64,000 nucleotides of DNA from the human T2T-CHM13v2.0 reference genome, Homo sapiens: NCBI RefSeq assembly GCF_009914755.1, contig NC_060932.1; one strand, written 5' to 3'. Positions 13,849 through 43,419 of the stretch are shown one piece after another. The notes beneath the pieces are model-generated. The model was not told the origin of the DNA. It saw only the letters and a program-made list of their open reading frames with translations, and ran no database searches. The stretch's first letter is position 1, and each line of letters opens with the position of its first letter. Made by a program: the position numbers and the translations under genes.

Positions 13849-14118
13849 ATGTCGGCCCTGAGGCGCTCGGGCTACGGCCCCAGTGACGGTCCGTCCTACG
13901 GCCGCTACTACGGGCCTGGGGGTGGAGATGTGCCGGTACACCCACCTCCACCCTTATATCCTCTTCGCCCTGAACCTCCCCAGCCTCCCATTTCCTGGCG
14001 GGTGCGCGGGGGCGGCCCGGCGGAGACCACCTGGCTGGGAGAAGGCGGAGGAGGCGATGGCTACTATCCCTCGGGAGGCGCCTGGCCAGAGCCTGGTCGA
14101 GCCGGAGGAAGCCACCAG
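13849..14118 (+). CDS. BAG4: BAG4 (SODD) coding exon 1 (MSALRRSGYGPSDG...AGGSHQ)
   Basis: ATG at 13849, CAG|gtaagc donor, 270 nt, Pro/Gly/Tyr-rich N-terminus recognised as BAG4. Confidence 0.96.
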
Positions 14119-14899
14119 GTAAGCTTTGCACCCTCTGTCCTTGCGGGGAGGTGAGGGCCCTTGGGGCTGGGGTTCGTAAAGGATCGGGTTTCATACTTGT
14201 TTTCCTTATGTGGAGGAGGGTGTGTTGCGGGGGGTGTTGGAGAGACCGAGACTAAGATCAGAGGTTGGGGGGACATGCTTGTGTTCCCTTTGCCCCTCCT
14301 TTTCTGCTTCGACCCCAAAAAATATGTTTATTACCATTTAAAAAAGAAAGATCCTGCGCGGACTTACTAAGCTTAGCAGCAGGCTGCAGATCTCTCTCCT
14401 GGGAGCGGTGCTGGGTAGGGGTGGCACGGATCTACTGCTCCAGCTCTAGCAATTTATCCTGCGTGGCTGGCAGGCCGGCTCTCCCGGGGAAGGGAAGTGG
14501 CTGCAGCCCCCGATGCCGCTCAGGGACCCTCCCGAGGGGAAGGAACCTTTGCGAGGAGGAGGGATCTGGGCATTTAGCTGTTTGCCCCTAATGCCTTGCC
14601 TGAGATCGAATCATGAATAATCAGTGTTGTAAAGTACCTTTACGCGGATTGACTGATTTAATTTTCACGGCGACTGCAAGGTAAAATGGCATTACAGCGG
14701 CCCTTTTTTTTGTTTTCGAATAAGGAACCGGGGCTCTGCGAGGTTAACTCACTTGCCTAATACACTTGGACCTGCAACATTTTATTCTCCGTTTTCCTGC
14801 CGGACATATACTTCTGCTTTGTTAATACAGTCTTCTGGGTAGTGGGTTGTCGTTCTGCGGTGGCAGCATACCTCTCTGTTCGTTCAAGAATTATCCTCA

Positions 14900-16354
<1,455 letters not shown>

Positions 16355-16446
16355 TGAACTCCTGATCTCAGGGTATCCTCCTGCCTCGGCCTCCAAAAGT
16401 GCTGGGATTACAGGTGTGAGCCACAGTGCCCGGCCAAGATTAATTA

Positions 16447-16786
<340 letters not shown>

Positions 16787-17200
16787 CTAAATCTGGAATA
16801 CATAGGTCATGGGACTATAGAATGGTGAAATGCTTGGCCAAATTAGACCAAAAATCAGTTGAAGTGGGGAAAGAGGAGAGGACCTCTAAACTGATGACTG
16901 ACTTTTGCTGGGCCTGCTGTATTATCAAAACCAAAGTCTGTTTTCTGGCATAGAGTTAGGGAGGGTTGGATAGACTAAAGAAGTTAAGATTTTAGCATTG
17001 TGTAAGGGGTTGTCAGGTGTGGTTTGAGTACATTTGTGCCCACAGGGTGGGTGATGGTGCTGAAGTAGTTGGAGATAAAGGTGGAAATGTGTAATGGGCA
17101 TTTGTAAACCATTTTAATAGTTTGTACTATCTTTCAGATTGATGATTCTGAAACTTTAAAAGTATAGGATGGTAATTTTTCTGCAGCAATAGAAAACTCA

Positions 17201-17572
<372 letters not shown>

Positions 17573-17654
17573 TTATTTTGACTTTTTTTTATGTTTTGCA
17601 TTTTTATAGTATACATCTGTCAAATTAAAAAAACAAACAGTATAGGAACCTTTT

Positions 17655-17820
17655 ATAACCTTGCTACTCAAAAAGTGTGGTCCATGGACTAGAAGCCTCG
17701 GTGTCACTTGTGAGGTTGATAGAAATGCAAAATCTCTCCTCTTCCAGACTTACTGCTGCAATTTATTAAGATCCCCAGGTGATTCATATGCACATTAATA
17801 TTTCAGAAGCATTGCTCTAT
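17655..17820. mobile_element. MER5-like hAT-Charlie DNA transposon
   Basis: ctactcaaaaagtgtggtccatggac...tagaaatgcaaaatctc...aagatccccaggtgattcatatgcacattaa...agaagcattgctcta resembles the MER5A consensus. Confidence 0.7.
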
Positions 17821-17907
17821 AGAACTGATTATATTTAGATGATGTACTGAACTACAACACAGACTTGACTATATTAACACATTTAAGTATGGCAGGGAAA
17901 AAATTAG

Positions 17908-18156
<249 letters not shown>

Positions 18157-18420
18157 TGATCCGCCCGCCTTGGCTGGGATTACAGGCGTGAGCCACCGCG
18201 CCCAGCCTTTTTTTTTTTAAATTTTTTTTTGAGACGGAGTTTTGCTCTTTTTGCCCAGGCTGGAGCGCAATGGCGCCATCTTGGCTCACTGCAACCTCCA
18301 CCTCCCAGGTTCAAGCGATTTACTGCCTCAGGCTCCCAAGTAGCTGGGATTACAGGCACCCGCCACCATGCCCGACTACTTTTGTATTTTTGGTACCCGG
18401 CCACTCCCTATGTTTTTTTA

Positions 18421-18937
<517 letters not shown>

Positions 18938-20954
18938 CTAAAGGGAGAAAAGTAACAAGTTTGGAGTTGGAGCAGAGGGGCATTGACAGCTATTGGTCTC
19001 CTTTCGTGGTGGAGTAGGAAGCTAGGTCATCTTACAGTAAGGGAAGTAGAATGGGATGCTCTGCAAAATTTATGTGGTAAATGTTTGAACCAGATGCTGG
19101 GGCAAGAGGGACAACACAGAGAAGCATTTGGAAGAGATCCAAATGAGTTTGAAAAGTTAAAAAATTATGATGGTCAGTATAGGAGCATAAGGTGATTTGT
19201 TAGTGATTATGAACCATATAGCTATACAAATAACTTATGTACTTTACTAATAATTTTTGTCCAATTCTTATGAAAAATATAAGCAAATCTGTAAATGGAA
19301 TTTATGTAGTACGAGTGCTACTGATTCCTCTGCTGTTAGATTTGCTTGGACTGGGGTTTCAGTTTGGGGGAATGTTGGTAAGTCATTTTGGAAAATGTAA
19401 TCACATATCCACTTTAAAGGAATTGACTCCAGTCTTCAGCTGGGATTATTTATTTCTCAGAAGAAAGGAAATAAATTAGTTATCTTGCATAATTTTAATC
19501 AAATTTTCTTTGGCATAGAACTTTAATTCACATTATTGTGGCTTGTGAAAACATTTTATTACCTTTGTTTTAGTTTGTATTTCATTCAACAAATAAAAAG
19601 TTTGGAAAGAGTTAGGCACATGATAAAATTGGTAACTTAGTTTATAGAATAGAGTTCAGCTTCAGCCAGTTTCCTGTGAAACCAAATGCTATTTCATAGA
19701 ATTAGTGTCATGTTGGGAGGGCCATGAGCTACAGACTTTCACTGTTACTAGGGATATTTTTAGATTTGTCCCATTTTGTCCAAAAGGAGGAAAAAAAAGA
19801 CAAAGACATTATTTTTTTCCTTAAGACAATAAAATTATACTTTTTAGTGCTTCATTGAGGACATTCTTTTTTTCATTAAAAAAATTATGGCATAATTTAC
19901 AAAAAGTAAATTTCACTGTCTTTAGGGTATAGTTCTGTGAGTTTTGATAAATACATACAATTACATAACCACCACCACCACCACCACCACAACTGAGCTA
20001 TACATACTGACCCATCTTTTTTTTTTTTTTTTTTTTTTTTTTTAGACAGAGTCTCTCTTTGTCGCCCAGGCTGGAGTGCAGTGGCGAAATCTCGGCTCAC
20101 TGCAAGCTCCGCCTCCCGGGTTCATGCCATTCTCCCACTTCAGCCTCCTGAGTAGCTGGGACCACAGGCGTCCGCCAGCAGGCCTGGCTAATTTTTTTTT
20201 GTATTTTTAGTAGAGATGGGGTTTCACCATGTTAGCCAGGATGGTCTCGATCTCCTGACCTTGTGATCCACCTGCCTCAGCCTCCCACAGTTCTGGGATT
20301 ACAGGCATGAGCCACTGTGCCTGGCCACCTTTAAGCTTTTGCAAGTGTAATCAACCAGGTAAGGGTGGTAAGGGCTATTTCCCAGAACTTCTCCTGCCGA
20401 CTCAAAAGTTAGATTCTTCTGAGTAAAACAGGCTCTTCACTGTTTTCAAGGTTATTCCAGTTTCCCTGTATTCTTCTATTTAATCTCAGCTGCCACAATC
20501 AGACAGACGGAAAGCATAAGGACACTTTTTTCCTTGCATCTGTACTGGAAACCTTAGCAGCAGATAGCAGTCATTCTTTTTGATGCTTAAATGATACCAT
20601 ATTATGTCAATGGGAGTCCCTTTTTCTTGGCTTCTGATTCCTTTGGACATAATCTATTGATTTTTTTTTTCTTTTTCTTTTTGTGGAGAACAGGTTCTCA
20701 CTGTATTCCCCAGGGAGGTCTCAAACTCCTGGGCTCAAGCTATCCTCCCGCCTCTGCCTCCCTAAGTGCTGGGATTACAGGCGTGAGCTACCGTGCCTGG
20801 CATGACCCATTGATTTTTGATAGCTTCCTTGATTTCTGGTACAACAAGATGTCTCAGGCTTTGTATATATTTTGTCCCAAGACACATAATCAGCCATTCC
20901 TTAAGAACTTGATTGTATTTTTCTCCCAAGTGGAGAATTACATTTAGAAACCGT

Positions 20955-22135
<1,181 letters not shown>

Positions 22136-22399
22136 TGGTACAGAAATTACAGTTGGGTGCCTGGCATATATACTAATTGTTATTGTGTTGTCATTGTGTC
22201 TAGACCTTTCCAAAGGGCAGAATTATAAAATAAGTATTTTAAAATAGAAAAATAAATGAGTTCATATTTATATTAATTCAAATTTAACATTATAGGAATT
22301 TTAACTTCTTTGTATATTTTATATGAAAAAAATCTTGATTCCTAACTTAATTACAAATATTTGCACAATCTAACAATAATGTATAAAATAAGTTCAAAA

Positions 22400-26216
<3,817 letters not shown>

Positions 26217-26419
26217 TGAATTGGATGGTAGTGAGTAAAACTTGAAAATAAGAATACCAGTTTTATGAGTAACAACTAATGGATGCAGTTTCGGTTTCTT
26301 TGCAGTTCAGCTTGTCCTTAGAGAATAAATTCCACTGAGGACGTACAGTCAAAATAACGTGAGCTAAAAGTCATTTGAAGTAATTCTTTTTTCTCTGTGG
26401 TTATGTTACCAACTTGATT

Positions 26420-26730
26420 GTTAGTTATTGCATTAATTGACTTTTCCTATACTGAAACAACAATTCCAGAATTTTAGTAGCTTATAATGATAAACATTTA
26501 TTTCTTGCTCAGGTTCTGTGAGTCCACTCTAGTGGTTCTTCTCTAGGCCCCAGGTTCAGTTCAGGTCTACCTGTGTGTCTTCTCATCCTGGGACTTCAGT
26601 TGAAAACACAGCTCCCATATAAGATAATGTAGGTCTTGTGGAGGGCATGGGAACACAAGAGGGTTGCTAGAATTTGCAGCGACTCCTAAATCCTTTGTGT
26701 GGACTGGCACACTGTCACTTTTATCCATAT
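26420..26730. mobile_element. MLT1-type (MaLR) LTR fragment
   Basis: ttagtagcttataatgataaacatttatttcttgctca and actggcacactgtcactttt..ccatatt resemble old MLT1 LTRs. Confidence 0.55.
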
Positions 26731-28419
26731 TTGTTTGTTTTGCATAAAAGGTTAAATTACGTTTTGTTGTTGTTGTTGTTGTTTTGAGACGGAGTCTCCC
26801 TCTGTTGCCCAGGCTGGAGTGCAGTGGCGTGATCTAGGCTTGCTGCAAGCTCCGCCTCCCAGGTAGCTGGGACTACAGGCGCCCGCCACCACACCTGGCT
26901 AATTTTTTGTATTTTTAGTAGAGATGGGGTTTCACCGTGTTAGCTAGGATGGTCTCTATCTCCTGACCTCGTGATCCACCTGCCTTGGCCTCCCAAAGTG
27001 CTGGGATTACAGGTGTGAGCCGCTGCACCCAGCCAAATTATGTTTTTTACTTATGTGAGTTTGTAATGACACCACCACATTCACTATCCCCCAGTTCTTC
27101 CTCATTTTGCCCCATTCCATATTTTATCTTTCCTTGTCCTCGTGACAATATCGGTTCCCAATAACACTACTGTATGTATTTATTCTATTCTACAATACAC
27201 ACAATATAGTTTAAAAATTAAGATAGTAATATCACTACTAATAACATTATATGAAGAGTTTAAGATATTTTTAAATTTCTTTTGCTTTTAGAAAGGTACC
27301 ACTAAAGATGTCCATTCAGAAAACTGTTCAAGAATTATTTGAATTATATTCTGTGTGTGGTTATCAAGTCAGTAGGTTTTTTCTTTTTAAAGATGGGGTC
27401 TTACTCTGTTGCCCAGGCTGGAGTGCAGTAGCACAATCATAGATCATAGCTCACCATAACCTTGAATTTCTGGACTTTGCCTCTGCCTCTCACCTCTCAG
27501 CCTCCTGAGTAGCTGGGACTATAGGCACCCATCATCACGCCCACCTGACATTTTTTTTTTTTTTTTTGGGTAAAGACTGAGTCTCATTATTTTCCAGGCT
27601 GGTCTTGAACTCCTGGTCTCTGGCCCCAAGCAATCCTCTTGCCTCAGCTACCCAAAGTGCTGGGATTACAGATTGAGCCACTGCGCCCAGCCCAAGTTGG
27701 TGGGTTGTCTTTTTTTTTTTTTTTGAGACGGAGTCTCTGCTCTGTGGCCCAGGCTGGAGTGCAGTGGCATGATCTCTGCTCACTGCAACTTCTGTCTCCT
27801 GGGTTCAAGCTATTCTCGTGCCTCAGCTTCCTGAGTAGCTGAGATTACAGGCACCCACCACCACACCCAGCTAATTTTTGTATTTTTAGTAGAGACGGGG
27901 TTTCACCGTGTTGGCCAGGCTGGTCTCGAACTCCTGACCTCAGGTGATCCACCCGCGTCAGGCCTCCCAAAGTGGTGGGATTACAGGCGTGAGCCACTGT
28001 GCCTGGCCAAGTTGGTGGTTTTTTAAAGAAGATAAAATACAGTTTGAATTCATACTGATATTTACAATTCAAATTAAGGATTATAAGGTTTTAAGTTTCA
28101 TTATTCTTATATCTGTGTCTCCTATCTCCCATTGTGAAAATACTGATTCCCAACAATACCAATGTAAGTATTCATTTGCAACTATAATACCCGCATAACA
28201 GTACCAAGATAACAAACAGTACCAACAGTGTTGATAATTATGATTACTGAAAAAAATTCAAAGTATTACTGAAAACAAAGTATTATGAAATGGATAAGTA
28301 GTGCAGTTAAGCTAATAGTGATAATCTCTCAGTTATTTCAGCTGCCAATGAATTTCTTTGTGAAATCATATTCAAAGTTTTAGAAAAAATGTCGAAGGTC
28401 CTGTTCAAGCTTAAAACTA

Positions 28420-28871
<452 letters not shown>

Positions 28872-29637
28872 TTAACTTTCTGAGTTGGAGAGAAAGGCTG
28901 ATGAAATTATTGTCGTAGCTAGATTTTCTCTTTGGATTGGTAAATGTTCTGCATCAATGCCTGACACTGAGGCTGCCAGCGGAAAGCTTAGCCATAGCAC
29001 AGAGTAGAATATGAAAAACTAGGGTGTGTCAAGGCAAAGAAGTTGGAGATTGAAGATGTATGTGCTTGAGCGAAACTCTAGTAGTAATGTCTTTGTGTTC
29101 CAAAGTTATTGGTAAATATAACAGTAGCAAAGAACCATTTTGTTGCACTAATTAAATTAGTAGTCTTGAGGATTAGTTATTGGAGAAGGATAGAGGTGAT
29201 CTAATGTCTCTGATTTTGCTAATCATCTTGATGTAGTAGAATTCCTTTATATAGCATTTGGTGTGGTGGCATTGTCGAAACAGATAAGAACAGCTTTTTA
29301 CTAGGTAATAATTGTTTTGTCATAGAGCATTTGATTTACCATGTACTGAATAATTAGCAGTTTTATAGTTGGGGTCCTATTCCCTTTTTTCTTTTATTTT
29401 TTGTTTTTAAGAGACGGGGTCTCTCTTGACCATACTAGACTCAATCACCTGAGCTCAAGCGATCCACCCACCTCAGCCTCCGCAGTAGTGGGACAAGAAG
29501 CGTGTGCCACTGTGCCCAGCTTATTGCTTTTTGTCTATTGCTTTTTTTTTTAATCCTTATAACCTGCCTCTATCAATCTATCTTAAAATGATGTATGAAT
29601 GTTATTAAGAGTGAATTTATTTTTCTTTTTTTCTTAG

Positions 29638-29745
29638 GAGCAGCCACCATATCCTAGCTACAATTCTAACTATTGGAATTCTACTGCGAGATCTAGGGCT
29701 CCTTACCCAAGTACATATCCTGTAAGACCAGAATTGCAAGGCCAG
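29638..29745 (+). CDS. BAG4: BAG4 coding exon 2 (EQPPYPSYNSNYWNSTARSRAPYPSTYPVRPELQGQ)
   Basis: Polypyrimidine tract + tag|GAG, CAG|gtatgg donor, 108 nt, phase 0/0. Confidence 0.95.
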
Positions 29746-30043
29746 GTATGGTTTAAAAACAGAGACTTTCTGAACTTTTTCTTAATGAATAGATTTATTT
29801 TCAAAACCTGTGCAGATTTTAGAGCAGTGATGAGTGTGTGTTTTTTTTCTTTGCTTTAATGGGCTCCATCAATCTCATCTTAATGTTTTTAGCTCAGAGA
29901 TAAGGAAATATCTAGGCAAATATACCTATAGCTTGAGGCATAATAAATTATTTTCCAGGACCCAGAAGGAACAAACATAAAATATACTTATTTTTGAAAA
30001 CTTTACTGATTACAGACATTTAATTTAAAATATTTTAAAATTA

Positions 30044-30418
<375 letters not shown>

Positions 30419-30620
30419 TCAATTTCTGTTTGCCACATTTGTTTCAGATTTTTAAGAAAGAAGTAAACCAAATACAATTGAAGCCCAATGACACTTCTTT
30501 TCATTTACTGAAATTTTATTTATTTATTTATTTGAAACAGGGTCATTTTCTGTTGCCCAGGCTGGAGTGCAGTGGTATGATCTCAGCTCACTGCACCCTC
30601 CTCCTCACAGGTTCAAGTGA

Positions 30621-30848
<228 letters not shown>

Positions 30849-31391
30849 TAGCTAATTTTTGTATTTTTAGTAGAGATGGGGTTTCACCATGTTGGCCAGT
30901 ATGGTCTCAATCTCTTGACCTGGTGATCTGCCTGCCTCGGCCTTTCAAAGTGCTGGGATTATAGGCGTGAGCCACCACGCCCGGCCAGTTTTTGGATTTT
31001 TAGTAGAGATAGGGTTTCACCATGTTGGCCAGGCTGGTCTCAAACTCCTGACCTCAGGTGATCCGCCCACCTTGGCCTCCCAAAGTGCTGGGTTTACAAG
31101 CATGAGCCATCGTGCTCGGCCTGAAGTTATATTTATTACCCCATTTGTGTTTTTGTGCCTTTACTACTTGCCTGTGTATCCATAAACTTTATATACTTTT
31201 ATTTTACATGTTTTTAAACTTGAGATGTGTGATTTCATACTAACAAACACACTCCTGCAGCTTGCTTCTTTTGCTCATCGTTGGTTTTCATCTTTCTGTT
31301 ATATAAATACGAGATAAGAATTTCCTTAGGGTCTGGAATTTTTGGGTTTAGGTGTGTACTTTTTTTTTTTTTTTTTTTTTTTTTGAGATAG

Positions 31392-31493
<102 letters not shown>

Positions 31494-31595
31494 TAGCTGG
31501 GATTACAGGTGTCTGCCACCATGCCCGGCTAATTTTTGTATTTTTAATAGAGATGGGGTTTCACCGTGTTGGCCAGGCTGGTCTCGAACTCCTGA

Positions 31596-32009
<414 letters not shown>

Positions 32010-32699
32010 TAGCCAGGATGGTCTTGATCTCCTGACCTCGTGATCCACCCGTCTCGGCCTCCCAAAGTGCTGGGATTACAGGCGTGAGCCACTGCACCTG
32101 GCTTTTGTTTGTTTTTTTGAGACAGGGTCTTGCTCTGTAGCCCAGGCTGGAGTATGGTGGCATGATGACAGCTCACTGCATCCTCGACCTCCTGGCTTCA
32201 AGTGATCTTCCCACTTCAGCCTCCTGAGTAGCTGGGACCATGGGTGCACATTACTATGCCCAGCTAATTTTTAAAATTTGTTCTGTAGAGTTAGGGTTTC
32301 GCCATGTTACCCAAGCTGGTCTCCCAATCCTGGGCTCAAGAGATCCTCCCACTTCAGCCTCCTGAGTAGCTAGGACTAAAAGTGTACATCACCATGCCTT
32401 GCTAATTTGTTTGCTTTTTTTGTAGAGACAGGGTCTTGCTGTGTTGCCTAGGCTGGTTTCAAACCCCTAGCCTCAAGCTATCCTCCCAAATTGGCCTCTC
32501 AAAGCACTGGGATTACAGGTGTGAGCCCTTGTGCCTGGCCTATAATAATCATGTATATATGAACTTAAGGATGAGGTTGATCAGAGATAATGGAATGTAA
32601 AATAAAGATCATGTTAGTACTTACCACAAACTTTCATTTTACTTGTGTCAGCCTCATCCCTGTGACTGAAATTGAGAAGTAGACATTGTTATTGCTAAA

Positions 32700-37900
<5,201 letters not shown>

Positions 37901-38781
37901 ATGTGTACTTTTATAGTTAATGTAAGAGGGAGACAAAACTCATAGTCATGAATTATAAGTTAATGTTAATTTTTCTGATTTCACTGATCTTACTGATAAA
38001 GATTGCTTTTTCTCATAACATTTTCCCCCTTAGGTAAAAGTATTTATTACATTCATATGTAGGTTCAAAAAAGATTAACTTATAATTTAGTAGTAACTTT
38101 TTAAAAGCAACAGTAATAATGTGCAAATGTTTTTAGATACAACATACAAGTTGTTGGATTTAAAATAACCCAAAGGTGTCTAGACATACACCTTTTTGAG
38201 GTGAGCACATGTGTATTTTCTGGCGAAACATCACATGGGGATTATACATTTATCATCATCTTTTTTTTGTTTGTTTCTTGAGATAGATAGTCTTGCTCTA
38301 CCACCCAGTTCATTGTAGTGGCATAATCATAGATCACTGTAACCTTGAACTCCTGGACTTAAGTGATCCTCCTGTCTCAGTGTCCTAGGTACAGGTGCGT
38401 GCAACCACACCTGGTTTAATTTTTAAATATTTTGCAGAGATGGGGTCTCATTATGTTGCCTAGGCTGGTCTTGAACTCCTGGGCTCAGGTGATCCTTCTA
38501 CCTCAGCATCCCAAAGTGTTGGGATTACAGGCGTGAGCCATTGCACTTGGTCTAGCTTCTATCCAAGATAGACTCCTATAGTGGTATATAGATATGACTG
38601 GTTTCCTTTTTAAAAAATTAAGCAGTATCATGTCTTTACCTTCCGGCTACCTCCTTGGGTTAGCCTTGCCACATGGTCATTCTTCTGTTTGGTTGGTTTT
38701 ATAAATCTTAAAAATTCTCATTCAAAAGTAGCTATAATAAGCCAAGAATATGTAATTTCATGCATTTATTCTGAGTGTGGA

Positions 38782-38784
<3 letters not shown>

Positions 38785-38849
<65 letters not shown>
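38785..38849. repeat. (TA)19 followed by T27
   Basis: Direct reading. Confidence 0.95.
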
Positions 38850-38853
<4 letters not shown>

Positions 38854-39166
38854 AGCTGTTAATGTTGCTAAGGTGTCTGACCAATCTTCCAAGTTGATTA
38901 GCCTGCCATGTGCCAGGTGCAGTTTATGTGCTATGCAAGTATTAGGGCAGCATTTGAACTAAAGCCTTCCTCATTTTTCAGAACTTCATTCTTTAACTAA
39001 TAGTGTGGACTCTTGAGAGGAGCATGGAGGGCGATTCATGGAGTAGGGTGTGAACAGCACGGAAGTTCACAATCTCAGGCTGTATCTCTGGAAGCAGAAG
39101 ATATTGTCTCACCCAACTGTTAATAAAGTTCGTGAGGTTTTCTCAGTATTATTCAAACTCGGTTGA

Positions 39167-39463
<297 letters not shown>

Positions 39464-39608
39464 TAGGATTACAGGCATGAGCCACTGTGCTCGGCCCCCT
39501 TTTTTTTTTTTTTTCTGTTTCTCAGGCTGGAGTGCAATGGCATGATCACAGCTCACTGCAGCCTCCATCTCCTCTGGCTCAGGTGATCCTCCCACCTTAA
39601 CTGCTTGA

Positions 39609-39797
<189 letters not shown>

Positions 39798-39924
39798 TGA
39801 CATACTTTAATATGTAACAGAAATCTGTTCTGAAGTCCTAGAAGCATTTTCTTCCTTTTTGGATTCCGTCTTATGACTCTAAATGGTGCAAGGAACTCCT
39901 GTATTTTCTTTGCTGTGCTCCAAG

Positions 39925-40910
<986 letters not shown>

Positions 40911-42137
40911 CAAGCTGCTTTTCAGACAAAGACTTAAAAACTTTGCCACGTTTCTGAAATAGGATCTTTAGCTCATCCTTAACAAACATCTTTAGCAACT
41001 GCAAGGCTGTTATATAATCTGATTCTGTGTTCTTTTGTAAACATGCATGTGACAGCTTTGTGATCTGTCAGGACAGTGGTTATTTGGGAAAAGAAGCAAT
41101 GAACTCATGAAGGCATCTCAAAACCAGGAAGTAATTCCAGGAATCAAGGAAATTTTCAAGCATCAAAAGTAATGGCTGGCCAGATGTGGTGGCTCACACC
41201 TGTAATCCCAGCACTTTGGGAAGCTGAGGCGAGTGGATTGCTTGAGCCCAGGAGTTCGAGATCAGCCTGGGCAACATGGCCAAACCCTGTCTCTACAAAA
41301 AATACAAAAATTAGCCAGGCATGGTGGTGCATGCCTGTGGTCCCAGTTACTTAGGATGCTAAGGTGGGAGGATTGCTTGAGCCCGGAGTTTGAGGCTGCA
41401 GTGAGCCGTGATTGTGCCACTGCATTCTACCCTGGGTGTCTTGGGGAGAAAAAAAGTAATGGCCAGGCATGGTATAATCCCAGCACTTTGGGAGGCTGAG
41501 GTGCCAGGATCACTTCAGCCTAAAAGTTTGAGACTAGCCTGGCAACATAGCGTGACCTCATTTCTATTTAAAGAAAAACAACAACAACGAAAAAAAAAAC
41601 AAAAACAACGCCTGTGAGAAGGGAAAAAGAAAAAAAATAAACAACAAAAGCCACATAAAAGCAATGAGAATCACACACTAAAGTAACATGAACCCATCTA
41701 TTGGTTTCAATGGGTTATCAGTACATGGCCGTCGTGTATTTATTCTTGGAGTATTTCCTTGGAGTATTTTGAAGCAATTTCAGATATCATTTTATCACTT
41801 ATAAATACCTAAGTATGTTTCTTTAAAATATAAGGAAGTTTTAAAAACATAACCACAATGTTTTTAAACATTTTTAATTAAAAATTAAAACTTAAAAGGA
41901 AAAAAACAACCTTAAAAATAATTATTTCATATCATTAAATATCTGGTCAGTTCTAACAGTAAAATATTTATTTAGTTAGTTAGCTAGTTGAAGACAGGGT
42001 CTTACTGTCACCCAGGCTAGAGAACAGTGGCTTGATTATAGCTCACTGTAACATTGAACTCCTAGGCTCAAACGATCCTCCTGCCTCAGCCTCCTGTGTA
42101 GCTAAGGACTATAGCTGTGCCATACCACGCCCAGCTA

Positions 42138-42173
<36 letters not shown>

Positions 42174-43082
42174 TAGAGATGAGGTCTTGCTGTTTGCACA
42201 GGCTGTTCTCAGACTCCTGGGCTCAAGCAATCCTCCCACCTTGGCTTCCCAAAACGCTGGGATTTTTACAGGCATGAGTCTGTGCGCCTAGCCATAACAA
42301 TAAAATTTGAAGACTGAATACAATTTTTTCAATGAATAGTCTTTAATCTACTTAAAGATTCCATTGTTATAGGACATTTAGGTAGTTTACAATTTTGTGT
42401 GATTGTAAATAATGCTGCGATGAAGAACTTCATGTCTATAACTTTTTCTCTAGTTGAATCATTTCCTTAGGATTTCTAGAAGTTGAATAACAGTACAAAA
42501 AGTCACATAATGTTTTATTAAGTCTCCAATTGTGTGTGTGATGTATTACGGAGTTCTTTGTTTATGCCCGAAGACCTTAACAGCCTCTTAGTAGTTTTAA
42601 CATAGTGGTGGTTCATGGTCTTCTGCTCAGGGAATGCATTGCTGACTGTTTATTATACCTCATCCTGCATGGAATTCTTTGGTCATGGGTATCCTCATAC
42701 CTAAAGTGGGAAAGATTATATAGTCTTCGAGATAGAGATGAGTATAGGAAAACTGGATTCTGTGTTTTCACTGTTTTTAAAGGGTAAAGTAGAAATTAAT
42801 AGAACACGTTGAGGTGATCATTTAAATTTAGCATTAAGCTTGAATCTTTTTTTAAAAATTACTTTTTTTTTTTTTTTTAAATAGATGGGGTTTGACTATA
42901 TTCCTGAGGCTGGTCTGTAACTCCTGAGCTCAAGTGATCCTCCCTCCTAGGCTGGATGCAGTAGCTCATGCCTGTAATCCCAGCACTTTGGGAGGCTGAG
43001 GCGGGTGGATATGAGGTCAGGAGTTCGAGACCAGCCTGGCCAAGATGGTGAAATCCCATCTCTACTAAAAGTACAAAAATTA

Positions 43083-43358
<276 letters not shown>

Positions 43359-43419
43359 TTATTTAAAACTACAGTGAGCAATATATGAGGAGTTTGTTGT
43401 TGGTATCATTTGGGATGCA

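Larger units (their letters stand above)
12870..14750. promoter_or_regulatory. CpG island / bidirectional promoter of LSM1 and BAG4
   Basis: High GC and CpG density, Alu-free; divergent ATGs 550 bp apart; ETS-like ccggaag 13454-13460 and cacttcctgt 13482-13491, E-box cacgtg 13494-13499, YY1-like aaatggcg 13591-13598, GC boxes 13711-13718 and 13817-13824, inverted CCAAT (attgg) 13731-13735; no obvious TATA box. Confidence 0.9.

Noticed and set aside
41686-41730. Short hairpin aacccat...atgggtt
   Set aside because: A 7-bp stem is expected by chance
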